DNA of 64,000 nt from Gammaproteobacteria bacterium (GCA_965215365.1 CBDCDS010000003.1:1376001-1440000), one strand, 5' to 3'; shown: positions 29,627-43,170, counted from the first letter of the stretch. Translations and numbers: made by a program. The notes: generated by a model not told the origin, from the sequence alone.

Positions 29627-30067
29627 ATGTTAAAAGATATCGATCCTTTACTCGGGCCGGAACTGCTTGGCGCACTCAGGGGGATGGGGCATGGTGATGA
29701 TATCGCCATCGTCGATGCCAACTTTCCTGCCGTCAGTCACGCGCTAAATCTGCTCCGTCTTGACGGAGTGAGTGCCACCGCGGCGCTACAGGCGGTGCTT
29801 TCCGTTATGCCCTTAGATACCTTCGTCAGTTGTCCGGTACATACCATGGAAGTGGTCGACACCCCGGCTGCCACGCCACCCGTGGTGATGGAATTCCATA
29901 GTATTGTCAAGGCCGCTACGCCAGCTCCGGTAGCCATTGGTGCCTTGGAACGCTTTGCCTTCTACGCGCGCGTCAAAGAGGCCTTTGTTGTGGTCGTGAC
30001 CGGCGAGCGGCGCTTGTACGGCAATATCCTGCTGAAAAAGGGTATTATTCGCGCCGATAATCTGTAG
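29627..30067 (+). CDS. RbsD/FucU-family sugar mutarotase/pyranase
   Basis: 'MGHGDDIAIVDANFP', 'ERFAFY', 'TGERRLYGNILLKKG'. Confidence 0.92.
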   Translation: MLKDIDPLLGPELLGALRGMGHGDDIAIVDANFPAVSHALNLLRLDGVSATAALQAVLSVMPLDTFVSCPVHTMEVVDTPAATPPVVMEFHSIVKAATPAPVAIGALERFAFYARVKEAFVVVVTGERRLYGNILLKKGIIRADNL

Positions 30068-30123
30068 CCTGCGGCAGCCTAGAAAAGCTCGTCCAAGCCT
30101 TTGGCCCTCCCAACCCTATCGCG

Positions 30124-32755
<2,632 letters not shown>

Positions 32756-32763
<8 letters not shown>

Positions 32764-33052
32764 TGGAAGTTCCTGATTGTGGCGTCACCTGGTCGTAGTG
32801 GCCACCAAGTGAAAATATATATACGTAATGATCATCAAATTTGTAGATGATTCTGTCTTTTTTGGAAATACGTCGTGACCAGAATCCCGAAAGATCATGT
32901 TTCAATCGTTCAGGCTTGCCCAAACCTGAGGCCGGGTCGTCCCTAGTCAGTTCCTTGATTATTCTGCACAGGGGCCGGTGCAGTTGCCTGTCTCTGCTGC
33001 GTATTTCTTCATAAATCAGCCAGGTTTTTCCTTCAAATATCAATGATCTCAT
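32756..33052 (-). CDS. yoeB: Txe/YoeB-family toxin
   Basis: '[32 protein letters not shown]'. Confidence 0.92.
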
Positions 33053-33305
33053 TCATTTCCTTGTCAGTAGGCATATAGCCGGCGCGTTGCCCGTGTGTTT
33101 GCAAAGATCCTTCCATCTGCTTCATCAAACTTGCGTTTTGCAACACATAAAGAGTTTCCTGTTCCCGTTCCCAATCATCAGCACTGACAACTACAAAATC
33201 ATCACCATTACGCCGCACAACTTTCAAAGGGTCATGGCGCGATACGACACGTTCCACGAAATGACGCAGGTTATCTCTGAATTGATTAACGCTGATACTT
33301 TCCAT
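33033..33305 (-). CDS. yefM: Phd/YefM-family antitoxin
   Basis: 'SVNQFRDNL..VVVSADDWEREQETLYVL'; overlaps the toxin start. Confidence 0.9.
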   Translation of the reverse strand: MESISVNQFRDNLRHFVERVVSRHDPLKVVRRNGDDFVVVSADDWEREQETLYVLQNASLMKQMEGSLQTHGQRAGYMPTDKEMNEIIDI

Positions 33306-33373
33306 TTGTGCAGGACTGAATGTACGGAATTTCCGTACCACTGTAACTGGTTTTTTAATGACACTCAATACTT

Positions 33374-34030
<657 letters not shown>

Positions 34031-34136
34031 GATAGATCCTCTTGTAAGGCCGCAAGGGCGCCACTGTTTTTTGGCAACGCCCGAAATTGAATGTCAATAG
34101 AAAGACAAGGATTATACTACAACAGGCCGCTGATTG

Positions 34137-34466
34137 TCAGCGACGCGGTGACGTCCCGGCAGCACCTGCACGACGCCAGTCAAAATCAGCCATATCCTTA
34201 AAGCGGCGGGGATAGGGGTATTGATGATCGCCCAGCAGCGTCAGACCCCAATAGGCCCACGCCCTGTTACTGAACAGACCCGCCGGGGCCTTTAAGTAAG
34301 CAGCCTTAAATTTTTCCTGCGGATAATATTTCCTGACGGTTACCACATCGTCGGCGTGTCCTCGCGCCATAACCTGGTTCAGAAAAAGTGTCTCATTCCC
34401 CAGCACGTTCTCAGGACGCGTATACCAGTTAATCCTTTCAGCCACTTTGAGCAGTTCCGAGGTCAT
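34137..34466 (-). CDS. Small hypothetical protein, probable partner (antitoxin) of the adjacent AbiEii-type gene
   Basis: 'FLNQVMARG..APAGLFSNRAWAYW' resembles small proteins found beside AbiEii nucleotidyltransferases; 14-bp gap to that gene. Confidence 0.6.
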   Translation of the reverse strand: MTSELLKVAERINWYTRPENVLGNETLFLNQVMARGHADDVVTVRKYYPQEKFKAAYLKAPAGLFSNRAWAYWGLTLLGDHQYPYPRRFKDMADFDWRRAGAAGTSPRR

Positions 34467-34480
34467 TGGGAAATGTCCAT

Positions 34481-35152
34481 TTATACACCTTCTGCAATCC
34501 GGTAATGGGCCGCTACCTGCGGCAGCCGCCCTAGGTTGACTTTACTGACGACGGCCGCCAGCTCAGCTCGCACCGCTTCTGATAAAGGCTCCGGCAAGTC
34601 ATCAAAATAGCATAACGCCTGTAAGGTCTGCAGGGGATTGTATTGATTGCCATAAATGGCCTTTGCCGCAGCAATACCTTCGGCAAGTTTCAATCCTGAC
34701 AGGGTTAACAGGGCATAAATATCAAGATAATCCTTAATTTCCGACCTGGTCGGTACCGTGGCGCATTTCATGCCGAATACATCCTGCAACGATGCGACTG
34801 CAATATTATTTTCATTTACAACATCAGGGACATTAACCTGCCGAAGCGTCAAGCCTCCGAAAAAACTGACCTGGCAAGCCCCCGCCTCGGTTTCGACAAC
34901 ACAGGTCAAGGTATCTTGCTCCACCTGTAAGACTTTTTTATTTTCAAACGACACCAGGGAGCGAAACAATTTCGACGGCTCAAACGAACTGGCGGAAAAA
35001 AAGTCATAATCAATACTCGCTCTATGCCCCAGACGCAAAGCCAGGGCAGTGCCACCATACAGAACAAAGTGTTTCGGGATGCACCGGAGCAAACCCCAAA
35101 GGGCGAGTTGCGGTTCGGGAAGAATACTCAGGTCGGGTCGGAATTGATGCAT
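34481..35152 (-). CDS. AbiEii/AbiGii-family nucleotidyltransferase toxin
   Basis: 'LYGGTALALRLGHRASIDYDFF', 'MKCAT..RSEIKDYLDI'; ATG 35152 chosen to avoid overlap with mnmA. Confidence 0.88.
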   Translation of the reverse strand: MHQFRPDLSILPEPQLALWGLLRCIPKHFVLYGGTALALRLGHRASIDYDFFSASSFEPSKLFRSLVSFENKKVLQVEQDTLTCVVETEAGACQVSFFGGLTLRQVNVPDVVNENNIAVASLQDVFGMKCATVPTRSEIKDYLDIYALLTLSGLKLAEGIAAAKAIYGNQYNPLQTLQALCYFDDLPEPLSEAVRAELAAVVSKVNLGRLPQVAAHYRIAEGV

Positions 35153-35189
35153 CTCGAGCAATGAAAGCAGCACTTTGATCAAGCCCCTA

Positions 35190-36332
35190 TTATAACATGC
35201 GCGCAGCGGCGCGGTGATGCCCCGGCAGTAACAGAAGGTCACCTCGTGGTTGTGAGAGGTGACCAATAATCCCACCGCCTAAGCACTCATCGCCGTGGTA
35301 GAACACTGCGTACTGGCCCGGGGTGACAGCGCGTTGGGGTTGGGAAAAATGCACGGTGACTTTATCGCCATCCTGAGTGGTGATTATACAGGGCTGGTCG
35401 GTCTGGCGGTAGCGCGTTTTCACGGTGCCGGCAAAGGGCAGCGGCGGCGCCGCGGTGATCCAGTTTATGTTGGTTACAACCATGCCGGTGCTGAACAGCG
35501 CCGGGTGGTCATGTCCCTGGGCCACCGTCAGCACGTTGTTGTGCAGGTCCTTGCCCACTACGTACCAGGGTTCTTCGGGGTAGCCGCGCACGCCGCCGAT
35601 GCCCAGACCCTGGCGCTGACCCAGGGTGTAGAAATGGATGCCGTCGTGCGCGCCCAGCTCGTGGCCGGCCAGCGTGCAAATTGGCCCCGCCTGCACTGGC
35701 AGGTAGCGACTGAGAAAATCGCGGAACGGGCGCTCGCCGATGAAACAGATGCCGGTGCTGTCCTTCTTGTCGTGGGTGCTGAGACCGTGGCGTTGTGCCA
35801 GCGCTCGTACCTCAGGCTTTTTCAGCGTCCCCAGCGGGAAGCGGCTGTGCGCCAGTTGCGTCTGGTTCAGCCGGCACAGGAAGTAGCTCTGGTCCTTGTT
35901 GCGATCCATGCCCTTGTACAGGTGGCGGGCGCCGCTGTGCCGCCGTATGGACGCGTAATGGCCGGTGGCAATCGTCATGGCGCCCAGGGATGTGGCATGG
36001 TCAAGGAAGGCGCGGAACTTGATCTCCTGGTTGCACAGGATGTCCGGGTTGGGCGTGCGCCCGCGGCGGTATTCGTCCAGAAATTCCCGAAACACCTTGT
36101 GCCAGTAGGCTTGCGACAGGTCCACGGTATTGAGCTTGATCCCCAGCTTGTCGCACACGGCCAGGGCGTCTTCCACATCGGCTTCCCAGATGCAGCCGCC
36201 GTGCGCGTCGGTTTCATCCCAGTTCTTCATAAACAGGGCTTCGACCTCGTGGCCCTGCTCCAGCAGCAGCAACGCGGCGACGGAGGAGTCGACCCCACCG
36301 GATAGGCCAACGATGATTTTGTTATTCGTCAC
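35190..36332 (-). CDS. mnmA: tRNA 2-thiouridylase
   Basis: 'SGGVDSS', 'TPNPDILCNQEIKF', 'KDQSYFL', 'KKDSTGICFIG', 'AVTPGQ..CLGGGII'. Confidence 0.98.
   Translation of the reverse strand: MTNNKIIVGLSGGVDSSVAALLLLEQGHEVEALFMKNWDETDAHGGCIWEADVEDALAVCDKLGIKLNTVDLSQAYWHKVFREFLDEYRRGRTPNPDILCNQEIKFRAFLDHATSLGAMTIATGHYASIRRHSGARHLYKGMDRNKDQSYFLCRLNQTQLAHSRFPLGTLKKPEVRALAQRHGLSTHDKKDSTGICFIGERPFRDFLSRYLPVQAGPICTLAGHELGAHDGIHFYTLGQRQGLGIGGVRGYPEEPWYVVGKDLHNNVLTVAQGHDHPALFSTGMVVTNINWITAAPPLPFAGTVKTRYRQTDQPCIITTQDGDKVTVHFSQPQRAVTPGQYAVFYHGDECLGGGIIGHLSQPRGDLLLLPGHHRAAARML
35237..35264. repeat. Short inverted repeat (family B-like) inside the 3' end of mnmA
   Basis: GGTCACCTC-N10-GAGGTGACC; resembles the GGnnACCTCT ends at 41814, 50015 and 61295. 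Confidence 0.5.
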
Positions 36333-39300
36333 TCAGTTTTTCAATCTTCGGGTTGTACCAGTTGCCGGTGATGGTGTACTGGCGACTGAGGATGCTGTCA
36401 ATGTCGTCCTTGACGCCGTCGAAGACATTGTTGGCCAGGTACAGGAAGGCGCCGACGCCGATCCCCACCGGGCCCAGCAGGGCGCTGGCGATGGGCAGGT
36501 TGTCGGCAAACTGTGGCGTGACGGTAGCCAACTGGTCGTAATCCTGAGCGATCAGGCCGGTCCTGCCGCTGATCAGCACATCCACGCTGGGGCCTTTCAG
36601 GCGCAGGTTGTTGGTGTAGGCATTGCCGCCGGAGATATTGAAGTTGCCGCTGATGCGGTCGAAGGCCAGACCCTTGCCGAACAGATCGGTAAAGTCCAGC
36701 GTCAGGCGCCGCGGCAGAGTCTGGATGCTGAGCAGGCCGAACAACCTGCCGGCGGCGGGCGAGACCTCCAGCAGGCGCCCCTTGGTTACCCGTATTTCGA
36801 AAGAACCGGCCATGTTCGCCAAGGAAAATTCGTGTGGCGAGCCGTCCCAGCCGGCATCAATGGTAATGTCCGTTTTGCCGGCCCTGATGCCGGCATTGTC
36901 GTAACCGAAGGTATCCAGCATCCGCTGCAGCTTGTTGGCTTGCAGGTTGATGGTGAAGTTGCAGCGGTTGCGGTTGAATGGTTTTTCCCACAGCCCGGCG
37001 CCGGCCATGGTCAGGTCCTGCGTGGTGAACCCGATCTCTTCGAAGGCCAGCCCGTTGTCGGTGCGCACGGCGGCGAGCTGCATGGCGCCGAGTTGCAAGT
37101 CCCCATACGTGAAGTCGGCTATTTCCACCCGCATGGGCGGCAGCTGCCTCGGGTCTGCCTCCTGCGCAGTGTTGTTGTTATCGAAGGCGCTGAGGGCCAG
37201 TTTTTCCAGGCTGACTTCCAACCGCTGTTGCGGCGACGGGTGTTGTGGCAGATAGGCCTCGCCCGCCAGCAGCGCCCCTTGCACCGCCACCCGCCAGTCG
37301 CCGTTGATGCGGCTTGCCCGCACATTGCTGTCCTGAAATGACTGGTTCATAAGGTTCAACAGCCCCGTTTGCAGTTCCGCGTTGATGGTTGCCGTACTGA
37401 AAAAGCCAGGCTCGGCATCCGCCGCGCCCGCGAACGCGTCCAGGGCCGCGCGCCATTCCTCAAGCATCAGTGCATCCATGCTCCCCCAAAGGTTTATCCC
37501 AGGCCCGGTGGGCCGGTTCGGGAACCCTTCACCCAGCACAATATCCAGTTTTTCCAGTTGTTGGCGTTGACTCTGGCTTTGCTCCGGGTCCTGACTCTGT
37601 CCCTGTCTCTGACCCTGGCCTTGCTCCCGCTTCTGGCTTTGTTCCTGCTCCTGGCCGGTGTACAGCCTGACATGTACCCCGGAGCCATAGTCCAGTACCA
37701 GTGGCGTCCCTGCCAGCAGGGTTTTACTGAGCAGCAACGGGCGTCTGGAATAGGTGGGCTTCCACAGCGGGCGCGGCAGATCCAGCATCAGCCCGTACAG
37801 ATCGGAAGCGATTTCTAGGCGTTGCACCAGCCCTGCGGGTTGTTGCTCAAAGATAAACCGGGCCTGCCAGTCGGTCGCCCCGGACATACGTTGCCCCAGT
37901 TTTGCGGCAAAATCCGCCGCGTCCGGGAAGCGTTCACTGAGCTGCTCAATGATGAATGCGTCGCTCGACTGCCCGGCGATGACAAATGCCGGCGGCGCCT
38001 CGGGGTTGTTTTTCGAGCCGCTCATGCCCAGCGTTACCGGTTCTCCGGCAAAGCGTGCAGTGAGGCCGCGCCCGTCAACAGACTCATGCGTGAAGCCAAC
38101 CGTGCCGTGCACCGCCTCCAGCTCCAGCTTGCCGGCGTCTGACACCAGTCTGGCGTCTTGCAGATGTAAGGCGCCCGCCATGGCCAGTTGCCGCGCCGGC
38201 GCCTTAATCGGGATGCTCAGATCCAGGTCCAACTCGAAGGTTCCATCCACCAGGGACTGGTTGGTATGTTTGATGATCGGGTCCTCAGCCAGCGGGCTTT
38301 GCGCAGTGAATGTTTCCAGGTCCTGTTCCGATCCCTTGACCGTGCCCTGCAGCAGCACTATTTTGGGGCGCGTAGTCAGGTCTTCGATGGCGCCGCTGGC
38401 CTCGGTGATTGCCGCGCTGAAGACGCTGCCGCGGCTGATACGCGCGGTCAGTGTCTCGTTGTCGAAGAATACTTCGGCGTCCACATTGTCCACCACAGGC
38501 CAGCGGTGCGAGTATTCAACGATGCTTTGGGACACGTTGACTACCGCCTGCATGTTGCCGTTGCGCGCGCGGTAGGGAAATTCGTCCGGGTAGCCGCGCA
38601 GCACGGCAATGCCCGTATCAATGTGGCCGCCGTGGAACGCGCGTTGCAGCCACTCCCGGATGCGGAATTTCGGTGTGTGGGGCAGATAACGGTACATATT
38701 TTCCAAGCGCTCGCTACGTATTTCTGCCACCAGGTCCAGGTGCGGCAACGGGTGCGACGCGCCCTGTTGCAGCTGTCCCCGCAACGCCAGCGCCATATCA
38801 CGGTTCTCTAGGTAAAACCGGTCGAGCTCCAGCGTCCAGCCCGGTGTGGTGCGCGTCCAGGTCAGCGCGCCGTCTATATGTGCAAACGCGAGCTCCTGCT
38901 CATACAGGTCGGGCCGGCTGAACTGTCCGCTGCTGCCGTTCATACTGAGCCTGATCTCGCTGTCGGTACCGCGCACCCGGCCGGCTGAGATTTGCACTGC
39001 GGGTCGGTCGCCGCCGCCGGCGTCGAGATTCCTGAATGCGACATCGTACTCCAGCAGCTCCGCCGCGTCGGCGCGCCGGTCGTGCACGAGCAGGCCGTCG
39101 AGCAGTTCACCCCGGAGCGACGCCGTATCCGGCAGCGCTGGTATTGCAGCCGGAAGCAGTTCCAGTTGCGCGGCCAACGGCAGCAGGTCTGCCAGTTTCA
39201 GGTAATCGAACCTCAGCGCGTAACGCCCGCCGCTGGCGGGCGGGGTGACAAACTCAATATCGGTGGACGGCCAGACGCCGTGCTCGGTCTGAACCTGTGC

Positions 39301-40245
39301 CAGTTTCAGGTTCACATGCCAGTTGTGCTGCGGCAGTTTTGTAGCCAGGAACTGCCCGCTCAGTTCATCCACATTGAGGGAGGTATCGGCGCCGAGCACG
39401 ACAAAATCGCGGTACGCCAGCTGGCCCTGCACGCGCACCGGTTTGGCCTGCTGCCAACGGCTCCACAGCGTCAGGTCGGCGCTGCCACCCGCCGGCGTGA
39501 GCGGTTCCGGTCGGTGTTCCCGATACCAACTGTCCGGTTTGAAGCGCGCAGTGGTTGCGTACAGTGCCCCCGACCACTCGGAGGTCCACAGTTTGCCGGT
39601 GGTATCCAAGGCAAAGCTCAGGGTTTCTCCATAGCGTCCTGGCAGGCGCGCGGAGCCGGTGACCTGGGCGCGGTCGCCATCGGTGCGTATCAGCAGGCTG
39701 ACCGCGCGGAACTGCACGGCGGCCTGACGGTGCTTGTAATCAGTCCAGGTGACCCGGGTTTGCTGCACCTCTATGCGCTCTTGGCCGAACAACCACTTGA
39801 CGAACTCGTTGTCGCGTGCGGGGTCGCGCAGGTCGATGCCTGCCACCTGCAAGGCGCCGTCCGGCAGCCGCGACACCGACAGGTCCAGCCCTGATATGAC
39901 AATATGTCGCGGTACCGGCTGGCGCTTCCACAACGACCTGAGGGGAGATATTTCCACGCTGGCGCGCGCGAAGCTGATAATGTCGCGCGTCCGGTCCGGG
40001 CTGTGCAGGTGTACGCCCCGCAGCAGCAGACTGGGCGTCCAGCCATGCCATTCGGCGCTGAGCGAGTCAACGCTGACGGTCTGTTGCAGGAAGCGGCCGG
40101 CCCAGGTTTCCACCTGCTCCTGATAATGTTCGAGATAAGGCAGTGCCAGCCGCACGCCGGTGATCGCCACCGCCGCCAGCAACACCAGCGCGCCGGTGAG
40201 ATAGAGCGCGGCGTGATACGCCCGCTGAATGAATACCGATGCCAC
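36322..40245 (-). CDS. yhdP: YhdP/AsmA-like intermembrane phospholipid transport protein
   Basis: N-terminal TM, ~1300 aa, 'GRLFGLLSIQTLPRRLTLDFTDLFGKGLAFD', 'YTITGNWYNP'; downstream of rng. Confidence 0.92.
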   Translation of the reverse strand: MASVFIQRAYHAALYLTGALVLLAAVAITGVRLALPYLEHYQEQVETWAGRFLQQTVSVDSLSAEWHGWTPSLLLRGVHLHSPDRTRDIISFARASVEISPLRSLWKRQPVPRHIVISGLDLSVSRLPDGALQVAGIDLRDPARDNEFVKWLFGQERIEVQQTRVTWTDYKHRQAAVQFRAVSLLIRTDGDRAQVTGSARLPGRYGETLSFALDTTGKLWTSEWSGALYATTARFKPDSWYREHRPEPLTPAGGSADLTLWSRWQQAKPVRVQGQLAYRDFVVLGADTSLNVDELSGQFLATKLPQHNWHVNLKLAQVQTEHGVWPSTDIEFVTPPASGGRYALRFDYLKLADLLPLAAQLELLPAAIPALPDTASLRGELLDGLLVHDRRADAAELLEYDVAFRNLDAGGGDRPAVQISAGRVRGTDSEIRLSMNGSSGQFSRPDLYEQELAFAHIDGALTWTRTTPGWTLELDRFYLENRDMALALRGQLQQGASHPLPHLDLVAEIRSERLENMYRYLPHTPKFRIREWLQRAFHGGHIDTGIAVLRGYPDEFPYRARNGNMQAVVNVSQSIVEYSHRWPVVDNVDAEVFFDNETLTARISRGSVFSAAITEASGAIEDLTTRPKIVLLQGTVKGSEQDLETFTAQSPLAEDPIIKHTNQSLVDGTFELDLDLSIPIKAPARQLAMAGALHLQDARLVSDAGKLELEAVHGTVGFTHESVDGRGLTARFAGEPVTLGMSGSKNNPEAPPAFVIAGQSSDAFIIEQLSERFPDAADFAAKLGQRMSGATDWQARFIFEQQPAGLVQRLEIASDLYGLMLDLPRPLWKPTYSRRPLLLSKTLLAGTPLVLDYGSGVHVRLYTGQEQEQSQKREQGQGQRQGQSQDPEQSQSQRQQLEKLDIVLGEGFPNRPTGPGINLWGSMDALMLEEWRAALDAFAGAADAEPGFFSTATINAELQTGLLNLMNQSFQDSNVRASRINGDWRVAVQGALLAGEAYLPQHPSPQQRLEVSLEKLALSAFDNNNTAQEADPRQLPPMRVEIADFTYGDLQLGAMQLAAVRTDNGLAFEEIGFTTQDLTMAGAGLWEKPFNRNRCNFTINLQANKLQRMLDTFGYDNAGIRAGKTDITIDAGWDGSPHEFSLANMAGSFEIRVTKGRLLEVSPAAGRLFGLLSIQTLPRRLTLDFTDLFGKGLAFDRISGNFNISGGNAYTNNLRLKGPSVDVLISGRTGLIAQDYDQLATVTPQFADNLPIASALLGPVGIGVGAFLYLANNVFDGVKDDIDSILSRQYTITGNWYNPKIEKLSDE

Positions 40246-40246
40246 G

Positions 40247-41782
40247 TTACAGCAACACTATGTCGTATTGTTCCCTGATGTACAACGGTTCAACCTGGAA
40301 GGTGATCGGACGGCCAATGAATTCCTCCAGTTCTGCCACGCTGGCCGATTCCTCGTCCACCAGCATATCCACGATCGGCTGCGCGGCGATGACCAGCAGC
40401 TTGTTACCGTCGAACTGGCGCACCTCGCGCAGGATTTCCCGGAATATTTCATAGCACACGGTTTCCGGGGTTTTCATGGTGCCGCGGCCGTTACAACTTG
40501 GACAGGGCTCACACAGGGTTTGTTCCATGCTCTCCCGGGTGCGTTTGCGCGTGAGCTGCACTAAGCCCAGAGAAGTAAATTCGCTGATGGTCACCTTGGA
40601 ATGGTCGTTCTCCACGCGTTTTTCCAGCGTGCGCAAGACCTGGCGGGCGTGTTCCGGCTCGCGCATATCGATGAAGTCGATGATAATGATGCCGCCGAGG
40701 TTACGCAGGCGCAGTTGCTTGGCAATGGCGTGGGCGGCTTCCAGGTTGGTCTTGTAAATGGTCTCTTCCAGGTTCCTGTGGCCGACAAAGGCGCCGGTAT
40801 TGACGTCGATGGTAGTCATGGCCTCGGTCTGGTCAATGACCAGATGACCGCCGGATTTTAACTGCACCTTGCGGTCCAGGGACTTGCGCAACTCATCTTC
40901 AATGGCATACAAGTCCATGATGGGACGCTCACCGGAGTAGTACTCGATGCGGCCCAAAAAATCGGGGATGAAGTGTTTGCTGAACTCCAGCACCCTGAGG
41001 TAGGCTTCCTTGGAGTCGATGCGTATTTTTTCAACCCGGGCATGGGTCACGTCGCGCAGGATGCGTATCACCAGCGGTAAATCCTCGTGGATTAACGCCG
41101 GCGCGCAGGTATTTTTTGCGCGGATGGATACCGACCCCCAGAGTTTGAGCAGAAAGTCGCTGTCCCGGTACAGTTCCTCCTCTTCCACGCCTTCCGCCGC
41201 GGTTCTGATAATAAACCCGCCCCTGGATAGTTCCGGCGTTATCGTGTGCAGCACGCCGCCGCCGGCGCTCATCGCCATCGCCTGCTCCTCGGTCTGGTAG
41301 TGGCTAAGGATGCGGCGCAGGCGTTCCCGTTCCAGGTCGTCTTCTATACGTTGCGAGACGCCGACCATGTTGTGGTTGGGGATGAAGACCAGGTAGCGCG
41401 ACGGTATGGAAATGCGCGTGGTCAGGCGCGCGCCCTTGGCGCCGATCGGGTCTTTGACGACCTGCACCAGCAGTTCCTGACCCTCGTTCAACAGGGCCTC
41501 GATGGAGGCGCTCGACAACGCACCGGCGACCGCTTCCGGCTCCAGGCCGGCGCCGGTATTCATCAGGTCCGACACATGCAGAAAACCGCTGCGTTCCAGA
41601 CCGATATCGACAAATGCAGACTGCATACCCGGCAACACCCGATGCACCCGGCCCTTGATGATGTTCCCCACCAGGCCGCGTTTACGGGTCCGCTCGATAT
41701 GCACATCCTGCAATACGCCGTTTTCCACCACGGCCACGCGGGTCTCATGGGGAGTGACATTGATGAGTATTTCTTCACTCAT
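40247..41782 (-). CDS. rng: Ribonuclease G
   Basis: 'VLPGMQSAFVDIG', 'KDPIGAKGARLT', 'IDQTEAMTTIDVNTG', 'LRNLGGIIIIDFIDM'. Confidence 0.96.
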   Translation of the reverse strand: MSEEILINVTPHETRVAVVENGVLQDVHIERTRKRGLVGNIIKGRVHRVLPGMQSAFVDIGLERSGFLHVSDLMNTGAGLEPEAVAGALSSASIEALLNEGQELLVQVVKDPIGAKGARLTTRISIPSRYLVFIPNHNMVGVSQRIEDDLERERLRRILSHYQTEEQAMAMSAGGGVLHTITPELSRGGFIIRTAAEGVEEEELYRDSDFLLKLWGSVSIRAKNTCAPALIHEDLPLVIRILRDVTHARVEKIRIDSKEAYLRVLEFSKHFIPDFLGRIEYYSGERPIMDLYAIEDELRKSLDRKVQLKSGGHLVIDQTEAMTTIDVNTGAFVGHRNLEETIYKTNLEAAHAIAKQLRLRNLGGIIIIDFIDMREPEHARQVLRTLEKRVENDHSKVTISEFTSLGLVQLTRKRTRESMEQTLCEPCPSCNGRGTMKTPETVCYEIFREILREVRQFDGNKLLVIAAQPIVDMLVDEESASVAELEEFIGRPITFQVEPLYIREQYDIVLL

Positions 41783-41813
41783 GGGGTAACAGCCATCGGT
41801 AATTGTAACATAC

Positions 41814-41840
41814 GAGCACCTCTATTAATTAGAGGTTACC
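41814..41840. repeat. Collapsed MITE-end palindrome (family B)
   Basis: GAGCACCTCTATTAATTAGAGGTTACC. Confidence 0.6.
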
Positions 41841-41954
41841 ATATTTCCGCTATTGCCCCCGGTGCGCTATACTGCAACCGTCCGTTTCCGCTGACTACCG
41901 AACTCAGCTCAACTGATGTTTGATTACATCAACAACAAAATCCTGCACTGAGCG

Positions 41955-42560
41955 ATGCCGGCTGAACCTGCACGTTGTCGCTGGTGTTTGGGCAATGAAA
42001 TTTACCTTAACTACCACGACCGGGAATGGGGCGTGCCGTTGCACGATGACCGCAAGTTGTTTGAATTTCTGGTGCTGGAAGGCGTACAGGCCGGCCTGAG
42101 CTGGATTACGGTGCTGAAAAAACGCCCGGCCTACCGCGCGGCATTCGATAATTTTGACTTCAACCGGGTAGCGGAATACGACGAGGACAAGGTGGCAAGC
42201 CTGCTGGCCAACCCCGGCCTCGTCCGGAACGAACTCAAGATTCGCTCGGCTATCCGTAACGCCCGCGCCTTCCTGCGGGTACGGGAGGAATTTGGCTCCT
42301 TCGACCACTACATCTGGGACTTCGTCGGCGGCAAACCCATACACAACGCCTGGCAGCACGGCGCACAGATCCCGGCGCAAACTCCCCGGTCCGACAAAAT
42401 CTCCAAAGACCTGAAACAACGCGGCTTCAACTTTGTCGGCCCCACCATTATCTACGCCCACATGCAAGCCACCGGCATGGTCAACGACCACACCACAGAC
42501 TGCTTCCGCCATGCAGAGCTGCAAGAGGCCGGATCAGCTGCGAGCGCGAAATCCGAGTAG
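41955..42560 (+). CDS. tag: DNA-3-methyladenine glycosylase I
   Basis: 'RCRW..YHDREWG', 'LEGVQAGLSW', 'FVGPTIIYAHMQATGMVNDH..C'. Confidence 0.96.
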   Translation: MPAEPARCRWCLGNEIYLNYHDREWGVPLHDDRKLFEFLVLEGVQAGLSWITVLKKRPAYRAAFDNFDFNRVAEYDEDKVASLLANPGLVRNELKIRSAIRNARAFLRVREEFGSFDHYIWDFVGGKPIHNAWQHGAQIPAQTPRSDKISKDLKQRGFNFVGPTIIYAHMQATGMVNDHTTDCFRHAELQEAGSAASAKSE

Positions 42561-42580
42561 ATAGACACGCGCACACGCTT

Positions 42581-43170
42581 ATACAAAAATACTGTTGACA
42601 ACCCCGATAACGAGTGGTAGCTTGACCCTGAAAGGACGGGAGTGAAAAGGCTTTCCGACCTGGAACGAAACAGATAACAACCATTACGGAGGATACCCGA
42701 ATGAGCAGTGCTGCTCTTTACAAAGCGTTCATCGATGCCGGTGCATCAGAACAAAAGGCCACCTTGGCCGCGGAGGATGTTGTCCAGGTGTCCCAGCTAC
42801 CGCAACTGGCAACGAAGTCTGATATGTTAGTCCTAGAGGCCAATATGGCAACCAAGGCTGACATTTCAGATATGGCAACCAAATCTGACATTGCAGATAT
42901 GGCAACCAAGGCTGACATCGCAGATATGGCAACGAAGGCTGACATCGCAGCCCTAGAGGCCAACATGGCAACCAAGGCTGACATTGCAGACTTGGAAGCC
43001 CGTATGGCAACGAAGTCTGACATCGCAGTCCTGGAGGCCAACATGGCAACCAAGGCTGACATTTCAGCCCTGGAAGTCAATATGGCAAAACTGGAAACCC
43101 GAATGATTAAATGGATGGTGGGCAGCGGTTTGATTTACACCAGTATTATCATCGCCGGTTTCAGTTTGCT
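42581..43170 (+). repeat. Left arm of a long inverted repeat (promoter + leader + coiled-coil gene), paired with 49244-50009
   Basis: 42581-42700 is the reverse complement of 49890-50009 with one visible mismatch; similarity continues through both ends of the CDS. Confidence 0.95.
42595..42623 (+). promoter_or_regulatory. Sigma70-like promoter of the coiled-coil cassette
   Basis: TTGACA-N17-TAGCTT; RBS GGAGG upstream of ATG 42701; same motif in the inverted copy. Confidence 0.65.

Noticed and set aside
41904-42524. 206-aa minus-strand ORF
   Set aside because: Antisense to tag
42624-42690. Hammerhead ribozyme or IS200/605-type end in the duplicated leader (CTGAAAGG..GAAAC)
   Set aside because: Core reads CUGAAAG rather than CUGANGA and the required stems could not be built by eye; an Rfam/Infernal scan would settle it
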